Shown one piece after another: positions 20,722 through 31,242 of a stretch of 64,000 bases of DNA (its first letter is position 1; each line of letters starts with the position of its first letter). Source of the stretch: Candidatus Poribacteria bacterium (GTDB lineage Bacteria; Poribacteria; WGA-4E; WGA-3G); NCBI GenBank assembly GCA_965214095.1, contig OZ243938.1, forward strand, positions 4,416,001-4,480,000. The letters are read 5' to 3'. The translations under genes were made by a program, and so were the position numbers. The notes under the pieces were generated by a model. It saw nothing but the letters and a program-made list of their open reading frames with translations, was not told where the DNA came from and did no database searches.

Positions 20722-21765
20722 ATGAACATCAATGATTTAGACACACCTTCACTAATTGCTGATTTAGATGTACTGGAACATAACATCAATGGAATGGCTT
20801 CCTTATGTCGTAATCTTGACGTTCCACTACGCGTGCACACAAAAACACACAAAGTCGCAGAAATTGCCAAATTACAACTGAACGCAGGTTCTCAAGGAAT
20901 AACATGTCAAAAATTAGGTGAAGCAGAGGTAATGGTAGAGGCAGGTATTGACGACATCTTAATTCCATACAACATTGTTGGAAAACCCAAACTAAGAAGG
21001 TTGACATCTCTATCCAAACGTGCAAGAATCGCAGTAGCACTTGATTCTGAACAAACTGCAAAAGGTATTTCTCAACAAGCAAATTCAGATAACTGTGTAG
21101 TTCCAGTTATCATTGAAATGGATACTGGTGGAGGAAGATGTGGAGTAAACTCACCCAAAAACACCCTCCTTCTCGCACAAAAAGTCGTCAAAATGTCCGG
21201 TATTGATTTTCAAGGTCTGATGACCTATCCAAGCAATGTCAACGCGAAACAATTTATCACAGAAACGATAGATCTCTTGAAGAAAGATGGTATTCCTGTT
21301 AATATTATCAGCGGTGGTGGAACTGGTGCTGAAGCAGCATCTAAAGAAATCGGATGCACCGAAACACGTAGCGGTTCTTATGTATACGAGGGCATGACAC
21401 GCATTGGCAATTCGGAGATGCTTTCTCCAGATAGATGCGTCCTCAGAGTCATCGTAACTGTTGTTAGCACACCAACGACTGACCGAATCATCATTGATGG
21501 AGGACAAAAGACCTTTACAAGTTATCCACCTTCACCGTATGGACATATCATAGAACATCCCAATGCTAAGATTTACGGTATGTCGGTGGAGCATGGACAT
21601 ATAGATGTCAGTGCATGTTCATACAAGTTTCGTGTCGGTGATAGACTTTCTGTTATCCCCCTACACCAAGGGATGACAAGCAATTTACACGATGAACTTA
21701 TAGCCGTACGAGGAGAAACAGTTCAAGCAATTTGGAAAATAATTGGCAGAGGAAAGGTGAAATAA
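20722..21765 (+). CDS. PLP-dependent alanine-racemase-fold enzyme (D-threonine aldolase/D-serine dehydratase, DSD1-like)
   Basis: LDTPSL, LRVHTKTHK (PLP lysine), CQKLGEAE, DTGGGRCGV, ISGGGT, DGGQK, SVEHG. Confidence 0.88.
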   Translation: MNINDLDTPSLIADLDVLEHNINGMASLCRNLDVPLRVHTKTHKVAEIAKLQLNAGSQGITCQKLGEAEVMVEAGIDDILIPYNIVGKPKLRRLTSLSKRARIAVALDSEQTAKGISQQANSDNCVVPVIIEMDTGGGRCGVNSPKNTLLLAQKVVKMSGIDFQGLMTYPSNVNAKQFITETIDLLKKDGIPVNIISGGGTGAEAASKEIGCTETRSGSYVYEGMTRIGNSEMLSPDRCVLRVIVTVVSTPTTDRIIIDGGQKTFTSYPPSPYGHIIEHPNAKIYGMSVEHGHIDVSACSYKFRVGDRLSVIPLHQGMTSNLHDELIAVRGETVQAIWKIIGRGKVK

Positions 21766-22481
21766 TGATACGACCAACACCAGAACAGAAAGAACAGTGG
21801 GAACAACAAGGGTATCTTGTGTTCGAAAACGCGATTCAAGGTGAACAATTAAAAAGGCTACAATCAGTCTTTGATTATTGGGCATTGGAATGTAAAGACG
21901 AGTGGTTAGAAAGAGTGGAAACTGGTGATGCAGCAGCCACATTTTACGACATTCCAAATCCACTTGAGAAAGATCCAATTTTCATTGATCTGATTGACCA
22001 CCCAAGTTATTACGGTGCATTAATGGAGTTCACTAACGATGAGCTGATACTGCTTGGTCCACAAGTCAGGACAGTCGCACCGTGGCCTGTAAGTTACACA
22101 GTATGGCATCCGGATGTAGGACAAAGCAATCCACTCCACATAAAAGTGCAAATATATGTCAATGATGTTCCAAAAGGTTGTGGAGAATTTGGATTTGTCC
22201 CCGGTAGTCATAAACCCAATGCTGGACCCTTCATACGTCCATTGTTGCAAGAGAGTATGACAGGACACAGAACTTTCCCAGGAAAAGCAGGCACAGCCAT
22301 TATGTTCAATTCGTGTGGATGGCATACATCTATGGACAACTCTACAGATACGCCACGAAAATCCATCATTCTGATATACGAAAAACACACACCCGGTCGT
22401 ATTGGGCCTGAACAGTACGCAGCAATCTCTGAACACTGCAAAACACCAGAACGTCGCAAACTTTTCAGTTTAGCAGATTGA
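21765..22481 (+). CDS. Phytanoyl-CoA dioxygenase (PhyH) family Fe(II)/2OG enzyme
   Basis: EQQGYLV start, WHPD (HxD), FVPGSH, GWH, PRKS. Starts in a TAATG overlap with the upstream gene. Confidence 0.9.
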   Translation: MIRPTPEQKEQWEQQGYLVFENAIQGEQLKRLQSVFDYWALECKDEWLERVETGDAAATFYDIPNPLEKDPIFIDLIDHPSYYGALMEFTNDELILLGPQVRTVAPWPVSYTVWHPDVGQSNPLHIKVQIYVNDVPKGCGEFGFVPGSHKPNAGPFIRPLLQESMTGHRTFPGKAGTAIMFNSCGWHTSMDNSTDTPRKSIILIYEKHTPGRIGPEQYAAISEHCKTPERRKLFSLAD

Positions 22482-22499
22482 AAGCAAAAAGGAAATAAA

Positions 22500-23399
22500 A
22501 TGCCGAGAATAGACGCACATCTCCATGTTTTCACAAAGGTTTCACCCAAATTTCCACGGGAAGCCACACCCATCTGTCCTGCTGAACGCGAAGAACCTGC
22601 GGAAAAACTGTTATCCGAAATGGATAAACACAATATAGACCAAGCAGTTCTTGTTCAGATAGGCGGTACAAGCATTGAACACCATAGTTATCTGCTTCAC
22701 TGCCTCAGCAAATATCCTGATAGATTTCTTGGTATCGGACTCGTACCACCAGATCACCCAAATCCTTCAAAACACATGAAAGAATTGACGGACAGCACTG
22801 GAATTATCGGATTCAGACTATTTGATCTTGGGGGACCGAGAGATATATTTGAAACAAAAGATGTCCGTGAATTCAAAACATATCCCATCTGGGAATGTGC
22901 AGCAGAAAAAGATTATGTGATGTGGTTATACCCCCGTTCAATTGATGCACATCTACTGCCATTTCTCATACAAATCTTTCCACAGGTTCGTGTTGTGCTC
23001 AATCATCTTGCAATGACACCGGGAAAAGGAAAATTCACGTTGGATGAACACGGAAGACCGCAAATACAAATATCTGGATACAACCTGAATATGCATACGA
23101 CCTACCGGTTAGCTCGATTTGAAAACGTCACTGTACATCTATCAGGTCAGTACGCGTTCAGTAGAGAACCATATCCGTATCAAAATTTGTCAGGAATGCA
23201 TCACAATCTACTAAACGATTTCGGTTCAAAGAGATTGATGTGGGCAACAGATTTTCCGTGGATATTGGAAAATCCGGGTTATGGTGAACTGACGACTATA
23301 ATTGAGAAATTGATGCCGAATTTGTCTGAGTCAGAGTTAGCAGACATTATGGGTGGAAATGCAAAAAAAATCCTTCGTTTCCCAGACAGACAAACCTAA
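22500..23399 (+). CDS. Amidohydrolase_2 family protein
   Basis: IDAHLH, VVLNHLA, RLMWATDFPW, IMGGNA. Confidence 0.9.
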   Translation: MPRIDAHLHVFTKVSPKFPREATPICPAEREEPAEKLLSEMDKHNIDQAVLVQIGGTSIEHHSYLLHCLSKYPDRFLGIGLVPPDHPNPSKHMKELTDSTGIIGFRLFDLGGPRDIFETKDVREFKTYPIWECAAEKDYVMWLYPRSIDAHLLPFLIQIFPQVRVVLNHLAMTPGKGKFTLDEHGRPQIQISGYNLNMHTTYRLARFENVTVHLSGQYAFSREPYPYQNLSGMHHNLLNDFGSKRLMWATDFPWILENPGYGELTTIIEKLMPNLSESELADIMGGNAKKILRFPDRQT

Positions 23400-23424
23400 A
23401 GTATAGTAGTCAGGGGAATAAACC

Positions 23425-23460
23425 GTTCGTAGTCGCGCAATTCATTGCGCCTCGGACATT
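23425..23460 (+). repeat. GTAG-type REP, family B
   Basis: GTTCGTAGTCGCGCAATTCATTGCGCCTCGGACATT. Confidence 0.85.
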
Positions 23461-23554
23461 AGTAGTCGGAGAATCATGCCGAATACCGGCGAAATTCCAA
23501 AAGAGCATTCATACCGTGCATTTGGAAAATCCTGGTTCAGACAAAAGCAATACA

Positions 23555-25300
23555 CTATTCCCTTTGAAACCGCGACAATGCATAATAAAACAACACAATA
23601 ACCCCTAATCCTATAAGAATACCAATATAGGAAGGTAATCCCAACGCAGCAGGCAGATAACCACATAGCAAAGCGATGACAGCAACCGTCAAAGCATACG
23701 GCATCTGTGTTCTCACATGATGCATCGGATCACAACTACTCACAATCGCACTGAGAATAGTCGTGTCCGAAATTGGCGAACAGTGATCACCAAAAATCGC
23801 ACCATCCAATACAGCACCTAAACAGATGATAGTAGTAATACCGTAAACGTCCCCATCAAGCACAAAAGCAACAGGAATTGCAGTCGGAATAAGAATCGCC
23901 ATCGTTCCCCAACTTGTACCAGTAGCAAAAGAAGTGAGCGATGCGACAATAAAAACAAGTGCAGGAAACCAGAGTGGAGAAACAACATCACTCAGCAGTG
24001 AAGAGATATACTGACCTGTCATCAACTTATCACAACTCGCTTTAATCCCCCACGCACACAATATAATTGCAATGGGTAACAAAGCACCGGATAGACCTTC
24101 CTTCGCAGCTGCTAATATCTCTGAATAAGTCCTTTTTGAAAAGATACGAGCACAGATAATGGATGCGATAAACGAACTAATCGCAGCAGAAGCAAGTATT
24201 TTGACGTTATTCGCATTAGAGAGTGCATCTCTCCATGAAGTCAGTGAAAAAATTGATCCACTCCCTTGACCATCAACCCATAAACCACCAAGGATCAAAC
24301 CAAAGAGCATAATTAACGGAATAAACGCAGATAAAATCTGAGTGCTAATTTTTTCAAAATCACTGTCTACTTTGATACCTCCCATAACTTTAGCATCAGG
24401 TTCAGATACATTTCCAGTTTCTTGAGCACGTTTCTGAGCACGCCGCATCATACCGTAATCACGACCACTAACCGCATTGACAATTACAAATAAGATTGTC
24501 AATATACAATAGAAACGGAACGGCAGTGCATCAAAGAACATAGAATAACCATCACTGTCCAATCCAATAGTTTCTGCAACACTATTAAACAATCCCACTT
24601 CATAGCCAATCCATGTGCTAACAAAGGCAAGTCCAGCGATCGGAGCACTCGTAGAATCAACAATATATGCCAACTTTTCACGACAGACCTTATACTTATC
24701 AGTAATAGGTCGCATCGTTGGTCCAACAAGCATCGCATTGCTGTAATCCCCGATAAAAATAGCAGTTCCCATCAATGCCGTAATCAATTGTGTAGAACGA
24801 ACACCCTTAGCAAGGTAGGATAACAGTGATATAGCACTACCTATCCCACCCGATGCAATCACAACTGAAATCATTGACATCATGAATAAGACAAACAGGA
24901 TTACCCAGAAGTTGAACAGATCAATTCCATCATTCCCAACAGTGACAGCACGGACAAACCAAACTACCTCAGTGAAAAAAGATTCAATCGACAATTTCTG
25001 TTGACCCAATGCAAGCAACAATCCCATTCCCACTGCAATACCAAGACTCAAAAACAACCGTGTTGTTATCACTGCTAATGTGATAGCAATAAGAGGCGGT
25101 AAAACACTATACCACCGCACAGTCCCATCATCGGATATCACATTCGGGAATTGCCATATCAATGCAACACAAATAACTATGAATATCGGAACACAGATAA
25201 AAGTTTTCTGTTTGTAGTTCAAAAATAACCTCCCCATTGATGCTCTGATAAAATAACACATAATCAAAAAATAATCAACAGTTCTCAATATTGTCCACAC
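23555..25300 (-). CDS. Na+/H+ antiporter NhaC family membrane protein (start uncertain)
   Basis: SVLPPLIAI, IFIGDYSN, REKLAYIVDSTSAP, SFATGTSWGT, GAIFGDHCSPISDTTILS, HVRTQMPYA. Confidence 0.9.
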   Translation of the reverse strand: MWTILRTVDYFLIMCYFIRASMGRLFLNYKQKTFICVPIFIVICVALIWQFPNVISDDGTVRWYSVLPPLIAITLAVITTRLFLSLGIAVGMGLLLALGQQKLSIESFFTEVVWFVRAVTVGNDGIDLFNFWVILFVLFMMSMISVVIASGGIGSAISLLSYLAKGVRSTQLITALMGTAIFIGDYSNAMLVGPTMRPITDKYKVCREKLAYIVDSTSAPIAGLAFVSTWIGYEVGLFNSVAETIGLDSDGYSMFFDALPFRFYCILTILFVIVNAVSGRDYGMMRRAQKRAQETGNVSEPDAKVMGGIKVDSDFEKISTQILSAFIPLIMLFGLILGGLWVDGQGSGSIFSLTSWRDALSNANNVKILASAAISSFIASIICARIFSKRTYSEILAAAKEGLSGALLPIAIILCAWGIKASCDKLMTGQYISSLLSDVVSPLWFPALVFIVASLTSFATGTSWGTMAILIPTAIPVAFVLDGDVYGITTIICLGAVLDGAIFGDHCSPISDTTILSAIVSSCDPMHHVRTQMPYALTVAVIALLCGYLPAALGLPSYIGILIGLGVIVLFYYALSRFQRE

Positions 25301-25310
25301 ACCGATAACC

Positions 25311-25339
25311 TTGACAATCGCAAAAAATGATGGTATTCT
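25311..25339 (+). promoter_or_regulatory. Sigma70 promoter for the UPF0182 gene
   Basis: TTGACA-N17-TATTCT with extended -10 TG. Confidence 0.7.
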
Positions 25340-25393
25340 ATACTAAGGTTTTCAAGTTACATCAAGACATATCTGTAGACAGAGGTTATTCCC

Positions 25394-28300
25394 ATGACTC
25401 CTGACATTTCAATTGCCTGGTTAATATTAAATGTCGTTGTAATTATAATCACACTTATATGGGGTATCTATCGATATCGCAGAGGAATATGGTATCGTAA
25501 ACTTTCCCTCAAATTCCAAGCATATTTCCTATGGGGAATCGGCGGACTTGCACTCCTAAGTAGTTTTTATCCGTATTCATGGCTCTATACAGAACACCTT
25601 TGGTTTTTTGAAAACGTCGGTTATCCAGATGTCTTTTGGAAAATCATAAAAATACGATGGGGACTCTTCTTCGCATTTTTCTTTGCAGCATTATTGTTCA
25701 TGAATATAAACGCGATTATAGCAAAGCGACTCTGTCCAGAAACGAGAGAGTTTTCCCGTTGGGTTCATGACCAGACAGTCTCCTTCCACCGCACCTTCTT
25801 CTGTGGATCAGTACTCATCGCCATAATCTTCGCAGTTCCAATGATGTCTCTACATGACGAATACATCCTCTATAAAGGACAGCCTAAAGAGGAAAAAGTA
25901 GCTCTTGCAAATGCCGAACAAGAGGAACTAGAAATAGGTGATGTAGAGCAACAAGGTACAGAAACAACTGATGTTGACCAAGGGACAACAGAAATAGTGA
26001 AGGCAGAATCTGAGGATGACGATATATTAGATTTTGAACAGGATACAGAAATTGCTAATGTCAATGTTAATGAGAATCCCAAAACAGAAACACGCTTCTT
26101 TGGAAAAGATGTAAATTTCTATATGTTTACTTATCCAATGCATAATGCAATCAGTCTATGGGTATGGGTTTTGCTATGGGTAACCTGTATTGTTGTAGGT
26201 TTGCTATACAACTTCTATTATCGTCGTGACGCACGTTCCATGGGGTTTGTAAAAAGAAATATCGTCCTGCACGGTAGCATTCTGTGGTTGATATTGTTAG
26301 CAGTGGCAATCTGGCGAGGATATGTAAATCTGTGGGGTAAGGTATATACACCTTCACTTTCAGATCGACTTTCGGCATATCACGGTTTGTTTTATGCTGA
26401 TAGTAAACTCGTGGGGTCAACCCATGTTTACAGTATTGTTCTTGTTATTATCGGAGTTGTGGTAATCTTCAATCTTTTTTGGAGAAAACGCAAAATATGG
26501 TATACATTAATTGTTATTTCTTTAATCAGTTACCTCTGTTTGATACTGATATATCCAATTGGTATACATTGGTATACAGTTAGAACTGCGGGGGATGCAG
26601 AGGGGCCAGAATTAAAATTCTTAGCTAGTCATATCAGAGACACGCGAAAAGCATTTGACATAAATAATATTTCCGAAAAAGATTTGGATAAAGGACTGAC
26701 AACAATTGATTTAATTGAAGAGAACCCAGAGGTTAAACAGAATATCCAATTCTGGGATCGTCGAGTATTCTATAATATACTTCGTAATGAACAACCTGAA
26801 TCGCACCATGATTTTCATCCCTATGCGGATGTTGATAGATATTATTTAACTACTAAACCAACTCCAGCAGATTCCTCACCTGAACCATCAGAAGATAATA
26901 CATCTGATGGTTCTACTGAAGTCATTGAGAATACATCAAATGGTGCAAACGAAGAAGAGGGAGAATATCGACAGGTATTGATCTCTGCTCGTGAAATAGA
27001 TCCAGATCCAGGACACAAAGAGTGGGGAGAACTTAAACTAAAATTTACACACGGATATGGCGTTTGTTTAGCTCCTGTGAATGTTGTAAATGAAAATGGC
27101 ACACCAGATTTATGGGTGAAAGGTGTACCTATTACTCAGAAAGAAGGCTTAAATTATCAAGAACTAGATATAAGTCAACCGCGGATTTACTATGGTGAGA
27201 TGACACATGATTATGTAATCGTAAATACAGAAAAACCTGAATACAATGTGGAAGAAGAGAAAGCAAAAGGAATTGAGAAACAAACCGATCTTACTGAGAA
27301 TAAAGAGAGCGAAACAGAAAAAGAAGTGAATAAAGAGGAGCAGATAGATATAGATGAAACAGAGAACTTAGGTGACATAAACAACGGATATCACTATCAA
27401 GGAACAGGTGGAGTTCGCTTAGGTGGTTGGTTTCGCAGGTTCTGTTATGCAGTCCGATTCACATCGGTTTATATTTTGCGTCACTCAGCTTTGAATCAAG
27501 ATAGTCGGGTTATGTATTGGCGTAAGATCGGCACTAGACATAACAACCGTTTGGTCGTTGATCGTATATCACACATTGCACCATTTCTTGATTTCGATCC
27601 AGACCCTTACATTGTTATTCATGATGGACAGTTGTGGTGGATGGTAGATTTCTATGTAACAAGCAGTAGATATCCAAATTCCCAATTCTACAAAGATGAT
27701 ACTGCACCTATCAAATATAATGAACTTGAACTTCATACTGAACCTCGGTTTAAAAGATTCAAGAAATTTAATTATATACGCAACTCCGGGGTCGCAGTTG
27801 TTAATGCATATAGCGGCGAAGTTAACTTTTATACAGAAGAAGATGATGAATTGATTACAAGTATCTACCAGAAAACATTCCCAACTCTATTTAAAAAAAT
27901 CAGTGATATGCCAGAAGGATTGAAAGGACACCGTCGGTTTCCAGATTATCTTAACCGGATTCAAGCAAAAATATATGGAAGTTATCATGTTATAGACGAA
28001 CGAAACTTTTACAATAATAATGATCAATGGAAAATTCCTAAAGAAGCTTATTACTCTGAATCTCCAAACCAAGAGATGATGCCATACTACATTATGTTAA
28101 AGTTACCTGGGGAAGAAAAAACAGAATTTGTAAACATGATACCATTTACTCCTCCTTTCAAAGATAATTTTATGAAGGGATGGTTAATCACTCGTTGTGA
28201 TCCACCAAACTATGGAGAACGTATTGTTTATTCACTTCCAGATGATATGAATATTAAGGGACCTAAACATGTTGAAGACGATATTCCTAAGAATCCTGAA

Positions 28301-28744
28301 TTAGCCGAACTATTTCGTAACTGGAAACCCAACAGAGTCATAAGAGGAAATTTACATGTTATTCCTATTGAGGAGGGTATATTTTACGTTGAACCGATAT
28401 ATTTTCAGCGAATAAGTTCTGGTGAAGCAGAAAGCGATGACCCTACAGATCCCATATTGAATTTACCTACATTGCAAACTATTGTAGTAAAAGCTGCTGA
28501 TCGTGAACTTGCTGCTGATATATCGTTTGATGTGGCATTGCGTAAAGTCTATTTAGGGAAACAACCAGCGGCTACTCCGGAAACTGAAAATGGAGAAAAA
28601 GAACCCACCACATTAGATCATCTTGACGCACTTGCAAAAGCAATAGAAGACCTTAGAAAAGCATATATTAATGAGCAAAACGGTGCTGGACAAACAGCAG
28701 CTCCAAAAAACGCTGGGAAAAAGAAACAAAATAAAAAGAATTAA
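25394..28744 (+). CDS. UPF0182 family membrane protein with acidic low-complexity insertions
   Basis: YTEHLWF, DVDRYY, FTHGYG, QPRIYYGE, APFLDFDPDPY, FNYIRNS, VVNAYSGEV, VIRGNL, YVEPIY. Confidence 0.92.
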   Translation: MTPDISIAWLILNVVVIIITLIWGIYRYRRGIWYRKLSLKFQAYFLWGIGGLALLSSFYPYSWLYTEHLWFFENVGYPDVFWKIIKIRWGLFFAFFFAALLFMNINAIIAKRLCPETREFSRWVHDQTVSFHRTFFCGSVLIAIIFAVPMMSLHDEYILYKGQPKEEKVALANAEQEELEIGDVEQQGTETTDVDQGTTEIVKAESEDDDILDFEQDTEIANVNVNENPKTETRFFGKDVNFYMFTYPMHNAISLWVWVLLWVTCIVVGLLYNFYYRRDARSMGFVKRNIVLHGSILWLILLAVAIWRGYVNLWGKVYTPSLSDRLSAYHGLFYADSKLVGSTHVYSIVLVIIGVVVIFNLFWRKRKIWYTLIVISLISYLCLILIYPIGIHWYTVRTAGDAEGPELKFLASHIRDTRKAFDINNISEKDLDKGLTTIDLIEENPEVKQNIQFWDRRVFYNILRNEQPESHHDFHPYADVDRYYLTTKPTPADSSPEPSEDNTSDGSTEVIENTSNGANEEEGEYRQVLISAREIDPDPGHKEWGELKLKFTHGYGVCLAPVNVVNENGTPDLWVKGVPITQKEGLNYQELDISQPRIYYGEMTHDYVIVNTEKPEYNVEEEKAKGIEKQTDLTENKESETEKEVNKEEQIDIDETENLGDINNGYHYQGTGGVRLGGWFRRFCYAVRFTSVYILRHSALNQDSRVMYWRKIGTRHNNRLVVDRISHIAPFLDFDPDPYIVIHDGQLWWMVDFYVTSSRYPNSQFYKDDTAPIKYNELELHTEPRFKRFKKFNYIRNSGVAVVNAYSGEVNFYTEEDDELITSIYQKTFPTLFKKISDMPEGLKGHRRFPDYLNRIQAKIYGSYHVIDERNFYNNNDQWKIPKEAYYSESPNQEMMPYYIMLKLPGEEKTEFVNMIPFTPPFKDNFMKGWLITRCDPPNYGERIVYSLPDDMNIKGPKHVEDDIPKNPELAELFRNWKPNRVIRGNLHVIPIEEGIFYVEPIYFQRISSGEAESDDPTDPILNLPTLQTIVVKAADRELAADISFDVALRKVYLGKQPAATPETENGEKEPTTLDHLDALAKAIEDLRKAYINEQNGAGQTAAPKNAGKKKQNKKN

Positions 28745-28750
28745 AAATCA

Positions 28751-28792
28751 AAAGGTGCTATTAGGAACCCTGAACTACCCAATAACACCTTT
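28751..28792. terminator. Imperfect hairpin between convergent genes
   Basis: AAAGGTGCTATTAGG...CCCAATAACACCTTT. Confidence 0.5.
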
Positions 28793-28816
28793 GTTTATAG
28801 TCTAATATACGCCGTA

Positions 28817-31216
28817 TTATTTCAACATAAACCTTTCTTTCCATTTCCGATTATCCAACCACTTCACAGAATAAAAGAGCAAGTTCTCCATCAATTTATT
28901 GTTGATAGCTGCATCTCTTTCTGTATCGTTCTTCAAACTGGTAACAATATACAATCCCTTCTGAAACGGCAATGTAAGCAGAGCCGATGCATCTTCTTTC
29001 GTTGACTTTGCAAGAGAATTCCATTTACCGAGTGGGTCCACCCACATATCGTCAAGCCGGACTAAAGGAACCTCTTTCGTATCGGGTGTAGTGTTCAACA
29101 CATTCGGTTTGTTGAATATGTGAGCACGTCTCCCTTGTGAAGTCGGCAAAAGTTCGTCCTCTTCGTCATACTCTATACCAGTCAATGGTTCAGGTATCCA
29201 ACCAGCACCGCGACGTTGTCTATAGTTCGCCTTCACATCTTGTCCAGAAACGATGACTACGCCACCCTGACTCACAAAATTCTTGATACGGTGTTCAGAA
29301 TCAATATTCAATCGATAGCCACCCTTGTAGATTTCACCATTACCAATCCAAAGAATATCCATTTTTGCCAGACGGTCATTTCGTAAAGTGTCAACAGGTT
29401 CATAGAGCATGTGGTGTTCATTGATATATTCAAATCTTTCAAGAATAGGATATTCAACATTCGTGCCATTGCTTGTGAGTGCCATCACTTTCAGAGGTAG
29501 ACGGAGTTCAGCCTTAGATGGAATTATTTTCTTCATCATAGGAATTCGTAAACGCCGCTTTACCTTTATCGGATATGTTAGCATGCCAAACGCTTCCTTC
29601 TGAAGTTCGTTTTCACGTATCTGTTCTACAATTTCGTTTTGGGCAGCAAGTTTATGTGAGAAGTATGGAATCGCCTTCTTATGTATAGGAATATTTTTTC
29701 GCAATGCATTATCAAAATGTGCGTATGCACCTTCCACTTCCCATCGACGACTATAACTTGAATCAACAGACTTCACGTCAAGTCGATCTTCATTGACATT
29801 AGTAATGTATCCATGCACAAGGTTCATACCATGGATCGGACGTCCTTGAGAATCCTCAATCGCTATCTCTTCAGTTTCACTCTTTTCAAGCATCGCATCT
29901 GTTAATGCGGTTATGCTGAACGTCTCTACTTGTCGTTTTTCTCCGCTTTCAATAATCGTACATATACCCTTACGCGGAAAGATAACATCAGCATCACGGA
30001 AAGATCGAAATTCAACGTTGATTTTCTTGAAATTCCTCGGAGTGCGGTGTTCCGGGATTGAGACGCGATCAAAGGGGGCTATTTTATGTTGCGATACCGG
30101 ATTGATACGTAACCTCCTAACACTAAGGGGTTCTATGTGCCACTTAAATTCCAAATTTCTTCCCCAAGGAGGAGATCCGTCATGCAGTCTAATATGACCA
30201 ACCTGTATAGAATAAGCTGTATTGTTTTCAAAAACCAGAAAGTATTTTCCCTCTTGTTCTACCATACGCGTTCTGAGTCCACGATCATCACGACGGTTTA
30301 TCCCATTAATATTATGTTTGTATTCTATCTCATATCCCCATTGGTCTCTGAATTCATGCCCATCCTTGTCTTTTACAGTCATGAAGGACATATACTCTTT
30401 ATTGTAATCTTTTAACAGCCCCATGTATTCACCGTCAGCATGCTTAACACTTTGTATTCTGAACTTTACGCGAGTTCCGACAAGACGTTCAATTATCCTT
30501 TCATAACTTTCTTCTGCCATAAAACCTTTTTCGGTTTCTTTCTGTAACTGATTTAATTCGCTCGCCGTATTACTTTCTCCACCCATTTCAGCTGCAGCCT
30601 TATCAATACGTTCTAACTGTTGTTGTAAAGGTTTTGTCGCACCTTTGATACCATGCCCAATCATGTTTATTGCATTTTGCACGGCTCCTCCTAATTCAAC
30701 AAACATGTTTCTGATTCTACGGACAACCCGTTGAGATAAGGGAGGATTAAGCAGACGTTCATGATCCCATGCACGTTCACGTTTTTCACGTTCATTCATA
30801 ATGTCATGGTATCTGATATAAGCACCAATATTATTCTGTAATTCATCCTTGCTGAAAATATAACTCGGAGCTTGTCCGCGCTGCCTCGATTCTTCGGATA
30901 CAATCTCAGCACCTTTCATATCTATACGCATTGTTCCATGATAACGGTGTCCGTTTTTCATATGAAAGACTACATACTTGTTCATAAGTGTCTTTTGCAG
31001 TCTATCTTTCTTAAACAATCGTACAAGATAAGCGATGCCATGGAAGACGAACACTGCGACAACAACAAATACACCTGACAGAATTCTGTTCCATATAGTT
31101 CCCGTACCATCCTGCAATTCGTCAGCAATACCCTCTTCCTGACCAAATGCGGTGATAGATAAAAGTACTATACCTAAAATGAGAATCAGTTGGACAAATT
31201 GTTTTTTTCTAAACAT
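28817..31216 (-). CDS. Hypothetical membrane-anchored protein; C-terminal class I GATase-like domain
   Basis: 799 aa; signal peptide plus one TM helix. C-terminal DILWIG..IKNFVSQGGVVIVSGQ..KLMENLL. Confidence 0.75.
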   Translation of the reverse strand: MFRKKQFVQLILILGIVLLSITAFGQEEGIADELQDGTGTIWNRILSGVFVVVAVFVFHGIAYLVRLFKKDRLQKTLMNKYVVFHMKNGHRYHGTMRIDMKGAEIVSEESRQRGQAPSYIFSKDELQNNIGAYIRYHDIMNEREKRERAWDHERLLNPPLSQRVVRRIRNMFVELGGAVQNAINMIGHGIKGATKPLQQQLERIDKAAAEMGGESNTASELNQLQKETEKGFMAEESYERIIERLVGTRVKFRIQSVKHADGEYMGLLKDYNKEYMSFMTVKDKDGHEFRDQWGYEIEYKHNINGINRRDDRGLRTRMVEQEGKYFLVFENNTAYSIQVGHIRLHDGSPPWGRNLEFKWHIEPLSVRRLRINPVSQHKIAPFDRVSIPEHRTPRNFKKINVEFRSFRDADVIFPRKGICTIIESGEKRQVETFSITALTDAMLEKSETEEIAIEDSQGRPIHGMNLVHGYITNVNEDRLDVKSVDSSYSRRWEVEGAYAHFDNALRKNIPIHKKAIPYFSHKLAAQNEIVEQIRENELQKEAFGMLTYPIKVKRRLRIPMMKKIIPSKAELRLPLKVMALTSNGTNVEYPILERFEYINEHHMLYEPVDTLRNDRLAKMDILWIGNGEIYKGGYRLNIDSEHRIKNFVSQGGVVIVSGQDVKANYRQRRGAGWIPEPLTGIEYDEEDELLPTSQGRRAHIFNKPNVLNTTPDTKEVPLVRLDDMWVDPLGKWNSLAKSTKEDASALLTLPFQKGLYIVTSLKNDTERDAAINNKLMENLLFYSVKWLDNRKWKERFMLK

Positions 31217-31242
31217 GATACAATCCTCCCCTAAATAGCACC

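Noticed and set aside
8164-20870. Many 60-160 aa antisense or alternate-frame ORFs within the WD40 genes
   Set aside because: They are shadow frames of repetitive WD40 codons, with no RBS or recognisable domains.
23524-23545. AATC(C/T)TGGTTCAGACAA motif shared with about 58241-58257
   Set aside because: Probably a fragment of another dispersed repeat; two short copies are not enough to define it.
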